Shown here: piece after piece, positions 1-8,924 of the stretch
Layout of the letters: each line of letters opens with the position of its first letter
Position numbering within the stretch: position 1 is the stretch's first letter
Assembly: GCA_963666215.2 (NCBI GenBank)
Contig: CAXWPL010000003.1
Coordinates: 160,001-224,000, forward strand
Direction of reading: 5' to 3'
Origin: Acidobacteriota bacterium
Lineage (GTDB): Bacteria; Acidobacteriota; UBA890; WLXD01
Length of the DNA: 64,000 nucleotides
Program-made: the position numbers and the translations under genes
Notes under the pieces: generated by a model
Databases searched by the model: none
The model's input: the letters and a program-made list of their open reading frames with translations, nothing else
What the model was told of the DNA's origin: nothing

Positions 1-2
1 CT

Positions 3-1520
3 ACCACCACCGCCACGGTCACCAGATCTGCCGCCGCCGTCGAGGGCCAAAGGCCCTACGACCTCGACATCCGCGAGCACGTCTTCGACAACGGGTTGCG
101 GCTGCTGGTGCTGGAGCGCCCAGGCGATCCGCGCGTGGCGTGCAAGATCTTCACCGACATGGGCGGTCTCAACGAGACCCCCGGCCAGGCGGGTGCGGCC
201 CATTACCTCGAGCACCTGATGTTCAAGGGCACCGAGACCCTGGGCACCACCAACTGGACGGCCGAAGAGCCCCTGCGAGAGCAAATCGACGAGGCCGAGG
301 GCGAGCTGGTCGCGGCACTGAACGAGGCGCGCAACCAGATCGTGGAGCGCGGAGTGTTCCACGATTACCGCCACACCGACACGACGCCCCGCATCGAGGT
401 GGCCCGCGAGCGGATCCGCCAGCTCGAGTCGGCCGCGGCGGTCCATGGAGACGGCGGCGCCATGATGCGCTGGTACCAGGCCTACGGTGGCACCGGGCTG
501 ACCGCCACCACCGAGCAGGAGTACATGAAGTTCGACATCAACCTGCCGGTGGAGCGGGTGGAGCTGTTCCTGCGGGTCGAGGCCGATCGCATGCAGAACG
601 GCGTGTTCCGTGAGTTCGACGAGGAGCGGATGATCCTGGTGGAGCAGCGGCTCGGCGACCTTAACCGCGCCGCGACCCCGTACACCGAGCAGATGGCGGC
701 GATCTCGGGCGAGTCGAGCCCGGTGTACTGGCCCGAGGGTCACTACCCGACCGACTTCACTCAGTACACCCGCGCCTACCAGCGGCAGCTCTACGAGCGC
801 TACTTCGTGGTCAACAACACGACGCTGGTGTTCATCGGTGGGGTGTCGCTCGAGGAGATGGTGCCGCTGGTGAAGCGCTGGTTCGGGTCGATAGAAAAGA
901 GCCCAGAGCCACCTCGATCGGTGGCAGTCGAACCGGTGCCAATCGCCGAGCGTCGTCTCGTCTACAGAAGTGACGAGCTGGCCCCGCGCGTCGAGGTGCG
1001 CCACGCAATCCCCGGTATCGGACATCCGGACCGGCCGGCCTTCGACGTTATGGCCGGGGTCGCGGCGCCAGCCATCGAGCGATCGCTAGCGGCGGCGGGC
1101 GTGGAAGGTGAGGTGAACGTCAACACGCGGGTTATCCACACAAGCCGCTTCGGCGTGCCTTCGACGATGAACTTCGAGGTGGTCGTTGCCGACGCCGACG
1201 ATCTGCAGGCGGCCGAGGGTGCCTTGCTGGCAGCGCTGCGGACGCTCGGCAAGGGCGAGATCGACGCCGAGGATCTGCAGCTCGCCAAGAAGACCCTGCG
1301 CACCGAGTGGTACCGCACCGTGGCCGACGCCGACGCGCTGGCCTTCGAGATTGGTCACTTCCAGACGATGGATCGGTGGGAAACGCTGCAGGATCATCTG
1401 GAGGGACGCGACGCCACCACCGACGAGACAATTGCCCGGCTGGCGGCCCGATACTTCGTTCCCGAGAACCGCGTCGTGGGCACGGTGAGACCCGCCGACG
1501 ACGAGGAGTCGAGGCGATGA
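3..1520 (+). CDS. M16 (pitrilysin/insulinase) family zinc peptidase, catalytic subunit; 5' end outside window
   Basis: Inverted zinc motif HYLEHLMFKG; 'FDNGLRLLV' N-terminal motif; frame is open from base 3, so the true start lies upstream. Confidence 0.9.
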   Translation, partial: TTTATVTRSAAAVEGQRPYDLDIREHVFDNGLRLLVLERPGDPRVACKIFTDMGGLNETPGQAGAAHYLEHLMFKGTETLGTTNWTAEEPLREQIDEAEGELVAALNEARNQIVERGVFHDYRHTDTTPRIEVARERIRQLESAAAVHGDGGAMMRWYQAYGGTGLTATTEQEYMKFDINLPVERVELFLRVEADRMQNGVFREFDEERMILVEQRLGDLNRAATPYTEQMAAISGESSPVYWPEGHYPTDFTQYTRAYQRQLYERYFVVNNTTLVFIGGVSLEEMVPLVKRWFGSIEKSPEPPRSVAVEPVPIAERRLVYRSDELAPRVEVRHAIPGIGHPDRPAFDVMAGVAAPAIERSLAAAGVEGEVNVNTRVIHTSRFGVPSTMNFEVVVADADDLQAAEGALLAALRTLGKGEIDAEDLQLAKKTLRTEWYRTVADADALAFEIGHFQTMDRWETLQDHLEGRDATTDETIARLAARYFVPENRVVGTVRPADDEESRR

Positions 1521-3013
1521 GGAGACCCGCGAGGATCTCCGATCGTGATCCGGCCCGCGGTGCGGTTCGAGCGACAGGGCCGGTGGCGTTGGTCGGCGCG
1601 ATGATCCTGCCCTTGATTCTCGCAGCACCCAGCGCGACGTTCGCTCAGCAGCAGGAACTGACGCATCCGCGCGCCATGGAGCTCGACGATGTCGCCTGGA
1701 AGGCCCCCGACCCGGCGCCGCTGCGACTGCAGCTCGACAACGGCCTGACCGCCTACGTGGTTGCCGACAATCTCGTGCCGCTGGTGCGCTTGACCGCGCT
1801 GATCGGCGCCGGCGACGCCGACGCCCCCGGAGGCGCCGCCTACGCAGCCGCCCTGCGCGCCGGGCCCGCCGCCATGCGCCCGGGGCGGTTCGAGCAAGCC
1901 CTGACCGCCATGGCGGCGCGCTACGACGTGGCCCCGCAGCACACCGAGACCCGCGTGACGCTCGAAGTGCCCTCCGAGGACGTGACGGCGGCCGTTTCGC
2001 TCTTCTCGTCGCTCCTGCGGGATCCGCTCACCGGCGCTCCGCCAGCGGGCAGCGGATCCAGCGCCAGCGACGAGGCGACCGGAGAGTCGGGACCGGTGCT
2101 GTACGAGGGCTCGATGGATGTGGCCGTGATGTTGCTGGAGCGAGCCGTGTATGCGGGCCACTCGTACGTCGGCGCGCGAGATGCCGAGGCTCCGACCGAC
2201 GCCCCGGCCTCCGCTCCAGTCTCGGCGAGATCCTTCGCCAACCGATTCGTCGTCCCGGCCAACGTCGCTCTAGCCGTCTCCGGCGACTTCAACCCCGCGG
2301 CCATGCGCGCTGACCTGACTTCCGCCTTCGCCGACTGGAGCGGCGAAGCGCCAGCGATGCCGGCCCATCCCCTACCCCAGCGAGCGGCGCGGCGTGAGGT
2401 GCTCACCTACAACGTCGACAAGCTGCAGGGCTGGGTCGCCATCGGCCACGAGCTGCCCGAGGTCCCCACGGCCAACGAGGCCGCGCTGCTGGTGATGAAC
2501 TACATCCTCGGCGGCGGCCACTTCGACACCCGACTGTTCCTTGCCACCCGCGACCGCCGCGGACTAACCAACGACGACAGCGGCTTCCCCGAACAAGGAT
2601 TCCGCGGCCCCGGTCTCTATTCTTTTCGTACCTATGGTCGTCCGGAGGTGGTGCGCTTGCTGATCCACCTGACCCTTCAGGAGATCGAGCGCATCCGTAC
2701 CGAGCCGGTGACCGAGGAAGAGCTGTTCGTGGCCCGCGGGGCGCTGGCCGACGGCGACACTTCCCTGTGGTTCCGCAACGGCGCCGCCACCGCCACCACC
2801 TACGCTCGCGAGTGGCTGCGCTACGGCGACCACACCCGAACCTCGACCTGGTGGCAGCGAGTCCATGCCGTCACCGCCGACGCCGTGCTTGCCGCCGCCC
2901 AGCGTTACCTCGATCCTGAGCGGATGCGAATCGTTGTCTTGGGCCCGCTCGATGCGATCCGCAATGCCGCGACGCTGGAAGACGAACAAGCGTTGGAGGA
3001 GTACGAGCGCTGA
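1517..3013 (+). CDS. M16 family peptidase-like subunit, non-catalytic, with signal peptide
   Basis: ATGA overlap with upstream gene; LDNGLTAYV, NYILGGGHFDTRLF and 'VTADAVLAAAQRYLDP' M16 motifs; no HxxEH. Confidence 0.85.
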   Translation: MRRPARISDRDPARGAVRATGPVALVGAMILPLILAAPSATFAQQQELTHPRAMELDDVAWKAPDPAPLRLQLDNGLTAYVVADNLVPLVRLTALIGAGDADAPGGAAYAAALRAGPAAMRPGRFEQALTAMAARYDVAPQHTETRVTLEVPSEDVTAAVSLFSSLLRDPLTGAPPAGSGSSASDEATGESGPVLYEGSMDVAVMLLERAVYAGHSYVGARDAEAPTDAPASAPVSARSFANRFVVPANVALAVSGDFNPAAMRADLTSAFADWSGEAPAMPAHPLPQRAARREVLTYNVDKLQGWVAIGHELPEVPTANEAALLVMNYILGGGHFDTRLFLATRDRRGLTNDDSGFPEQGFRGPGLYSFRTYGRPEVVRLLIHLTLQEIERIRTEPVTEEELFVARGALADGDTSLWFRNGAATATTYAREWLRYGDHTRTSTWWQRVHAVTADAVLAAAQRYLDPERMRIVVLGPLDAIRNAATLEDEQALEEYER

Positions 3014-3144
3014 AGGTAGCGTGGTCCCGCACTAGGGGCACAACCGGCGGGGCTCGCTCAGACGTCCGCGATTGAGGCAGTCCGAGCCGAGATACCGGAT
3101 TGGTAGGCTACCGTCCGCGGCTACGGGGAGCACGACCCAGCTCT

Positions 3145-3855
3145 TCAAGCGTCGGTCGGAGTCGACGGCAATCCATTGGGCACCAGTGGCATTCCGCGCA
3201 GACGCATGCCGGTGGCGTCGAAGATGGCGTTGCCGACGGCCGGGGCGATGCCGACGATCGGGCACTCCCCAGCGCCCGCCGACGGCAGGTCGGGACGGTC
3301 CAGAAGCAGGATCTCGATTTCCGGCACGTCGCTGAAGCGCGGCACCCGGTAATCGGAGAGGCGCGGGTTGAGGATGCGGCCGGCCTCGAAACGGACTGCT
3401 TCGAAAAGAGCACCGCCGATGCCCTGAACGATGGCGCCCTCAACCTGGCTCTCGAGGTGCACCGGGTTGACGATCGCCCCGCACTCGAAGGCCTGGACGA
3501 CGCGCAGAATGCGCACGTAACCATCCGAGCCAACCTCGACCTCGGCGCAGCAGGCCACGTAGCCGCCCTTGTCAATTCCAATCGCGACGCCGCTTCCGAT
3601 CCCGATCCCGGTCCTGGCGCCGCGATTCGACAGCGCCAACCGCTCTTTCCAGCCGAACCGCTCGGCCGCCGCATCGAGCACGGCTCGCAAACGGCTGTTG
3701 TCCCGATTGTCCAGATCAAGCGGATCGCTCGGATCCGGCAAATTGCGACGGCGCATCTCCACCGGGTCGATCCCCGCGGCGTGCGCCAGCTCGTCCATCG
3801 CGGTCTCACGCGCGAAGACGTTGGCAGTGGCGGCCAGCGCTCGGTACGAGCCTGC
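3145..3855 (-). pseudogene. C-terminal remnant of a xanthine dehydrogenase/isoquinoline oxidoreductase molybdopterin-binding subunit
   Basis: GSYRALAATANVFARETAMDELA, QVEGAIVQGIGGAL, GAGECP motifs; frame closes at a TGA near 3907 with no N-terminal part; no partner subunits in the window. Confidence 0.75.
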
Positions 3856-3880
3856 GTCGAAAAGAATCCGGGCGGCGCGC

Positions 3881-5197
3881 CTACGGTCGCTGTGCGGCAG
3901 CGACCATCAGGCGCTCGATCGCGTCCACCGCGCCCACCAAGTCGCTGTCGCTATCGACGACAACCGACGCCGCGCGGCTGAGTCGATCGAGAATTGCTGG
4001 TGCCGTCGTGATCGGCTCGGTGGCGACGTCGCCGGGCGCCTCGATAAGAACCACCCCAACGCCCTCGTCGTCGAGCCGACGGAGATCGTCGTACAGGTGG
4101 TGTGCGAACAGGTCCGAAGAGCGGCGCTCGATAACGATCGGCTGCGGCCCGGACGCGAGCCGCCTGCGGATCGCATCCGGCAAGCCCCCAGAGCTCGACG
4201 CGCCGCGAGTGGCGACGTAGCCGATCGAGCCCTGCGTCGGCTGCTGCGACAACCGCGCGGCGAGCGCGTCCACGAGTCGCTCGATCGCGACGGCGCTCAG
4301 ATCACCCTCCATCAGAACCACCGATGCTCGCGGTCGGTAGTGACGGTGCGCCGCGCCTGGTGATCGTGGTGGTTGTGGACTCGCTCGACCGTCAGCCGAT
4401 GCGGCATCGCCGTCCGCAACCGCGACGCACAGAACAGCGGCAATCGCGCCGGTGTCGATCGAACCTGGACGCAGAACCGCGGGCCGCTCGCCCGACAGGT
4501 CGAGAACCGTTGATTCGATGCCGATGCGGCACGGGCCACTGTCGAGCACCATGTCGATCCGGCCGTCGAGGTCGGCGAGAACGTGGGCGGCGCGGGTTGG
4601 GCTCGGCCGCCCGGAGAGATTGGCGCTCGGGGCTGCGATGGGGCAGCCGGCCGCGGCAATGAGCGCCAGCGCCACCGGATGATCGGGAACGCGGACGGCA
4701 ACTGTCGGCAACCCACGGGAGGCCGCCCGCAGCTCCGGCGCTGCCGGGACGACGATGGTCAGTGGCCCGGGCCAGTAGCGGTCCAAGAGCCGGGGTACGT
4801 GCTCACGCCAGTCGCTTCCGCCACGCTGCGTGGCCGCCGCACTGCCAATCACGGCGTGACCGTCGATCGCCGGCGCGGTGCTCGGCGGCTGTGCGCGCAT
4901 CGCCTGCGCCAGGGCCGTGACCGACTCGAGCTCATGGGCGCTTCCGATGTGGACGATAACCGGGTTGTCTCCCGGTCGCTGCTTGGCGACGTAGATCGCC
5001 TCTACGGCGGCCGCCGATCGTGCGTCGGCTCCGAGCCCATAAACCGTCTCGGTCGGAAAGGCCACGAGCCCCCCGCGGCGCAGAATCGAGCCGGCCTCGA
5101 CCAGCGCTGGATGCTCAGCGAGCACCGCGATTGCCTCCGCGGCCGTGCCCCTGGCGGAGACGTCGGCGACGTCAACAACGTGAACCCGGGTTCTCAT
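3881..5197 (-). CDS. tsaC: L-threonylcarbamoyladenylate synthase, Sua5 type
   Basis: VAFPTETVYGLGA, KQRPGDNP, APSANLSGRPSPT motifs; SPG..HRHYRP linker followed by SUA5 domain. Confidence 0.93.
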   Translation of the reverse strand: MRTRVHVVDVADVSARGTAAEAIAVLAEHPALVEAGSILRRGGLVAFPTETVYGLGADARSAAAVEAIYVAKQRPGDNPVIVHIGSAHELESVTALAQAMRAQPPSTAPAIDGHAVIGSAAATQRGGSDWREHVPRLLDRYWPGPLTIVVPAAPELRAASRGLPTVAVRVPDHPVALALIAAAGCPIAAPSANLSGRPSPTRAAHVLADLDGRIDMVLDSGPCRIGIESTVLDLSGERPAVLRPGSIDTGAIAAVLCVAVADGDAASADGRASPQPPRSPGAAHRHYRPRASVVLMEGDLSAVAIERLVDALAARLSQQPTQGSIGYVATRGASSSGGLPDAIRRRLASGPQPIVIERRSSDLFAHHLYDDLRRLDDEGVGVVLIEAPGDVATEPITTAPAILDRLSRAASVVVDSDSDLVGAVDAIERLMVAAAQRP

Positions 5198-5263
5198 GGC
5201 CGCGAGTGTAGCTGGCCGCCGCCCGCGACGGCTGGCGCGATTCGCGGCAGCGGCAATCGAGCG

Positions 5264-5420
5264 GCTCGGGGCCAGGCCTCGGTCGAAACGGAGGGGAAGC
5301 GCGTGGCCCGCACAAGGGGCCAGGCCACGCATGGCGAACGGCTGGTGGGCCGGAATCCCAGCGAGGCTGGGGTCCCCGGGTAAACCGAGCTCACCAAACG
5401 GTCGTCAGTCCCTCCTGAGC
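5264..5420. ncRNA. Candidate structured non-coding RNA, family unassigned
   Basis: Nested stems: 5301-5308/5323-5330 (perfect), 5333-5350/5389-5406, 5355-5362/5366-5373, closing 5290-5296/5409-5415; -10-like TACGTT on minus strand at 5429-5424. Confidence 0.35.
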
Positions 5421-5608
5421 ATCAACGTAGCACCGCCGAGACGTGCAGAAAATTCAAAACACTCAGGCACACAACAGCAGATAACAAAGCGCTGTCGGCA
5501 CAAGAAGTTTCCGGACGCGTCCAGCCGAGCGCGGCCAAGATACGCCAGCTTGTGGCTCGGATCGAACGGACAGCCCAGGCCCGTCCAACGGAAACGGCGC
5601 CCGTGACC

Positions 5609-7462
5609 TCAGTCGGCGGCGATCACGTGGCGGCGCTCGCGGATCTCGGCGTCGACCATCTCGGCGAAGGCGTCGAGACGCATCGTTTGCTGTTCTTGGA
5701 TGCCGTATCGCCGCACCGTGACCGATCCGTCGGCCTCCTCGTTGGCACCAACGATCAGCAGCATGGGGATCTTACGGATGCTGCCGTTGCGGATCTTCTT
5801 GCCCATGGACGCATCGCCGTTGTCGACGTCGGCGCGCACCATGTTGCGCCGCAGCGTCGACTGCACCTTGCGCGCGTACTCCTCGTGCTTCTCGCTCACA
5901 GGAATCACCAGCACCTGCAGCGGCGCCAGCCAGGTCGGGAACGCGCCACCGTAGTGCTCGATCAAGAACGCGATGAAGCGCTCGTGGGTGCCCAGCGGCG
6001 CCCGGTGAATGCAGTAGGGCGTCTGCTCGGTGCCATCGCGGTCGATGTACTTGAGGCCGAAGCGGCCGGGCACGGCAAAGTCGAGCTGGTTGGTCGAGAC
6101 GCTGAACTCCTTCTCGAGCACGCTCTCGAACTGGAAGTCGACCTTCGGGCCGTAGAAGGCGGCCTCGCCAGGCGCCACCTTGTACCAGAGGTCGAGCTCC
6201 TCGAGGGCTTCCTGCACGATTTTTTGGGTGAAGGCCCACGCTTCCGGATCGTCGAAGTACTTGTTCTTGCGCTTCTCGTCGTCCGGGTCCCACAGGCTGA
6301 GGCGCAGGAAATAGTTCTGAAAGTCGAAGAGCTCGTAGTAGCGCCGGTGCAGCTCCATCACCGCCTTGAACTCGCTCTTGAGCTGATCGCGCGTGACGTA
6401 CAGGTGCGCGTCGTTCATCGTCATGCCGCGTACGCGCGCCAACCCTTGCAGCTGGCCGCTGCGCTCGAAGCGGTACACCGTGCCGTACTCGGTGAGACGC
6501 AACGGCAGGTCGCGATACGAGCGTGGCTCGGCGCCGAAGATCATGTGGTGGTGCGGGCAGTTCATCGGCTTGAGGTAGTAGAGCTCGGGTTCGCCCTCCC
6601 CTTCCTCGGCGGCCGAACCGCCTGCCGCCGCGTCTTCGAACATGCGCAGCGGCGGGTACATGACCTCTTCGTAGAGCGGCAAGTGCCCCGACGTCCGATA
6701 GAGGTCGGCCTTGGTGATGTGCGGAGTGGCCACGGGCAGGTAGCCGAACTCGAACTCCAGCTCGGCTGCCAGCTTCTCGAGCTCGCGCCGGATGATGGCT
6801 CCGTTGGGCAGCCAAAGCGGTAATCCTTTGCCGACCTTGTCTTCGATCACGTAGATGCCGAGCTTAGGCCCCAGCACCTTGTGATCCTGATTCTTGGCCT
6901 GCTCCACCGCGTCGATGCGCTCGCGCAGCTCGACCTTGTCGGAATACGCGTAGGCGTAGATCCGCGTCAGCATCGCGTTTCGCTCGTCGCCGCGCCAGTA
7001 CGCGCCGGCAACCGAGTGCAGCTTGAACCCTTCGCGCGGCAGCTCGCTGGTGCTGGCCACGTGCGGCCCTTCACACATGTCCACGAACGGCCCGTTGGTG
7101 TAGAAGCCCAGCGTCTCGTTACCGCGCGCTAGGAGCTCCTGCGCGTACTCGAGCTTATGCGGCTCGCCCATCGCGCGGATCCGCTCGAGCGCCTCGTCGC
7201 CCGGCAGCTCTTCCTGCTCGAACGCCTGGTCCTGCCCGATGATCCGGCGCATCTCCTTCTCGATGGCCTTGAGCTCGCCCTTCGAGATCTCGGTGCCCTC
7301 GGGGAACAGGAAGTCGTAGTAGAAGCCGTCGTCGATCGGCGGCCCGAAGCCCAGCAGAGTGCCAGGATGCAGCTTCTGCACCGCCTGCGCCATCACGTGC
7401 GACAGCGAATGTCGTGAGCGGTAGAGCGGAGAGTCTTTCGAAGGTTCCGGGATAACGGGCAT
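5609..7462 (-). CDS. thrS: Threonine--tRNA ligase, lacking the N-terminal TGS domain
   Basis: RHSLSHVMAQAV, DMCEGPHV, KPMNCPHH, AAFYGPKVD, HRAPLGTHERF motifs; start placed at MPVIPEP. Confidence 0.95.
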   Translation of the reverse strand: MPVIPEPSKDSPLYRSRHSLSHVMAQAVQKLHPGTLLGFGPPIDDGFYYDFLFPEGTEISKGELKAIEKEMRRIIGQDQAFEQEELPGDEALERIRAMGEPHKLEYAQELLARGNETLGFYTNGPFVDMCEGPHVASTSELPREGFKLHSVAGAYWRGDERNAMLTRIYAYAYSDKVELRERIDAVEQAKNQDHKVLGPKLGIYVIEDKVGKGLPLWLPNGAIIRRELEKLAAELEFEFGYLPVATPHITKADLYRTSGHLPLYEEVMYPPLRMFEDAAAGGSAAEEGEGEPELYYLKPMNCPHHHMIFGAEPRSYRDLPLRLTEYGTVYRFERSGQLQGLARVRGMTMNDAHLYVTRDQLKSEFKAVMELHRRYYELFDFQNYFLRLSLWDPDDEKRKNKYFDDPEAWAFTQKIVQEALEELDLWYKVAPGEAAFYGPKVDFQFESVLEKEFSVSTNQLDFAVPGRFGLKYIDRDGTEQTPYCIHRAPLGTHERFIAFLIEHYGGAFPTWLAPLQVLVIPVSEKHEEYARKVQSTLRRNMVRADVDNGDASMGKKIRNGSIRKIPMLLIVGANEEADGSVTVRRYGIQEQQTMRLDAFAEMVDAEIRERRHVIAAD

Positions 7463-7796
7463 CGGTCGCCAGAAAAAGGGAGTCGAGGAGGCGGCGCATC
7501 GATACGACCGCGTCCGCGGAGGGCGACGCCAGGTCTTTTGGAAAGAGCCGGCGATGTCGGAGGCCTGAGGATATCCCAAGGCGATGGCCGCAGACGGCAC
7601 GTGCAACCTGCGATCCCGGCCCGTGCTCGGCGCTCGAAAGCGGCGGCCAGGCGGTGCGGCCCAACTTCCCGATCGACTGCCGGGTCCCCTAGGGCACCAC
7701 GACGTAGTTTCTCGTGATTGCGGCTCATGCGGCCGGTACGCTTCTGCGGCAACATGTGGACGCGCGGCCGCGAGGGGGGCTTGCGCTTGGTGATGC

Positions 7797-7827
7797 TGGA
7801 GTATATCCATTAGTGGATATATCCACT
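7797..7827. promoter_or_regulatory. AT-rich palindromic operator-like site
   Basis: Perfect 16-bp palindrome AGTGGATATATCCACT at 7812-7827, with an adjacent related imperfect copy TGGAGTATATCCA at 7797-7809. Confidence 0.4.
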
Positions 7828-7876
7828 TGCGAGAAAATCGATGTCGAAGTCCGAACCTCCCGACCGTTCCGGCCGG

Positions 7877-8152
7877 CTACGCGTTGCGCTCGGCGCCGCA
7901 CCGTCGCACGTCATGCGCCTGGTGATGGTCCAGGGGATGGTGCAGCTGGGCATCGGGCTCAGCATCGGCCTGGCGCTGTCGCTGCTCCTCGGCCGCGGCC
8001 TGACCCTCGTGCTCTACCAGGTGTCGATGGTGGATCCGCTGGTGTTCGGCGGGATCGCGGCGGTGCTGATGATTACCGGGCTGGCGGCGGCTTACATTCC
8101 GGCGCGGCGCGCGACGCGGGTGGATCCGCTGGTGGCGATGCGGGCCGACTGA
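7877..8152 (+). pseudogene. C-terminal remnant of an ADOP/FtsX-like ABC permease
   Basis: RVALGA...LVMVQG...YIPARRATRVDPLVAMRAD is the typical MacB/FtsX/ADOP C-terminus; only about 90 codons remain. Confidence 0.8.
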
Positions 8153-8302
8153 ACCACAGACACGTCGCTCGGGGGACTCGTCGGGGCCGTCGTCATCCGT
8201 CGATTCGGACTTCGGTCGGAATATGCGCCCGTGGAACCGGCGGTGCCGCGCGCGACTACCGCGGCCGGCGGAGGATCAAGGGCAGGCGGCCGTCCCTCGA
8301 GA

Positions 8303-8724
8303 TCAAGCGAGCCACCCGTTCGCCGTTGCCTTGCGGCCGAGAATTACCAGGCCGATCGCGATCACCAGCACCAGACCTGCAGCCCCATCGCTCCGGGACC
8401 GGCCAGCGAGCCGGCGTTGGTCAGCACGAAGATCCCGAGGTCCTGGACGATCACTCCAACGAGCGACGCGATCAACAGAGGGGTAGCCCACCGCTTGCGC
8501 AAGATGAGACCGATACAGCCCGCCGCCCCACCCCATACCGCAACCGCCGTCGCGGCGACCGTCCACGAGAGCCGGGAAGCGTAGATTGCCTGCTCGGCAG
8601 CGCTCATTGCCGCGACGTCCTCTGGCGTAACCATCACGTCGGCGAGGTAAGCGGCGCAGCCCATCAAGTTCCAAAGAAGGGCACCAATCGCTACCGGTAG
8701 GTACCACTTCGGCGTCGTTTCCAT
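8303..8724 (-). pseudogene. Small 4-TM membrane protein with an apparent 1-bp deletion near 8376
   Basis: METTPKWY...MGLQ runs into an early stop; the alternative frame supplies a fitting last helix GLVLVIAIGLVILGRKATANGWLA; adding one G (CAGGT to CAGGGT) joins them. Confidence 0.65.
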
Positions 8725-8924
8725 TGCTTCTCCCGCTGTCATCGAATCGCGAGCGCTCGACCGCCCCGCGCTGGCGCCGGAACGTAGCCAATCCCGCTGG
8801 CAAAGTCCAGGGGTGCGGCCATGCTTTCACCGCGCAGCGGCCGGATTCGGGCGAGCTTCAGACCACGATCTGGGCACTGCGGCCGAGTCGCGGTTTTCAT
8901 CGCCGAACTGTGGCGGTGCGGCAG

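Noticed and set aside
5340-5415. Resemblance to the c-di-AMP riboswitch (GAATCC...GGG.AACC...CGTCAG) or tRNA-Sec
   Set aside because: The second repeat unit and GCTAAC core are missing, and there is no TCA anticodon or T-loop; kept only as an unassigned RNA candidate
7463-7810. 116-codon N-terminal extension of ThrS in the ORF track
   Set aside because: Arg/Pro/Ala-rich, no TGS resemblance; a typical open frame in GC-rich DNA
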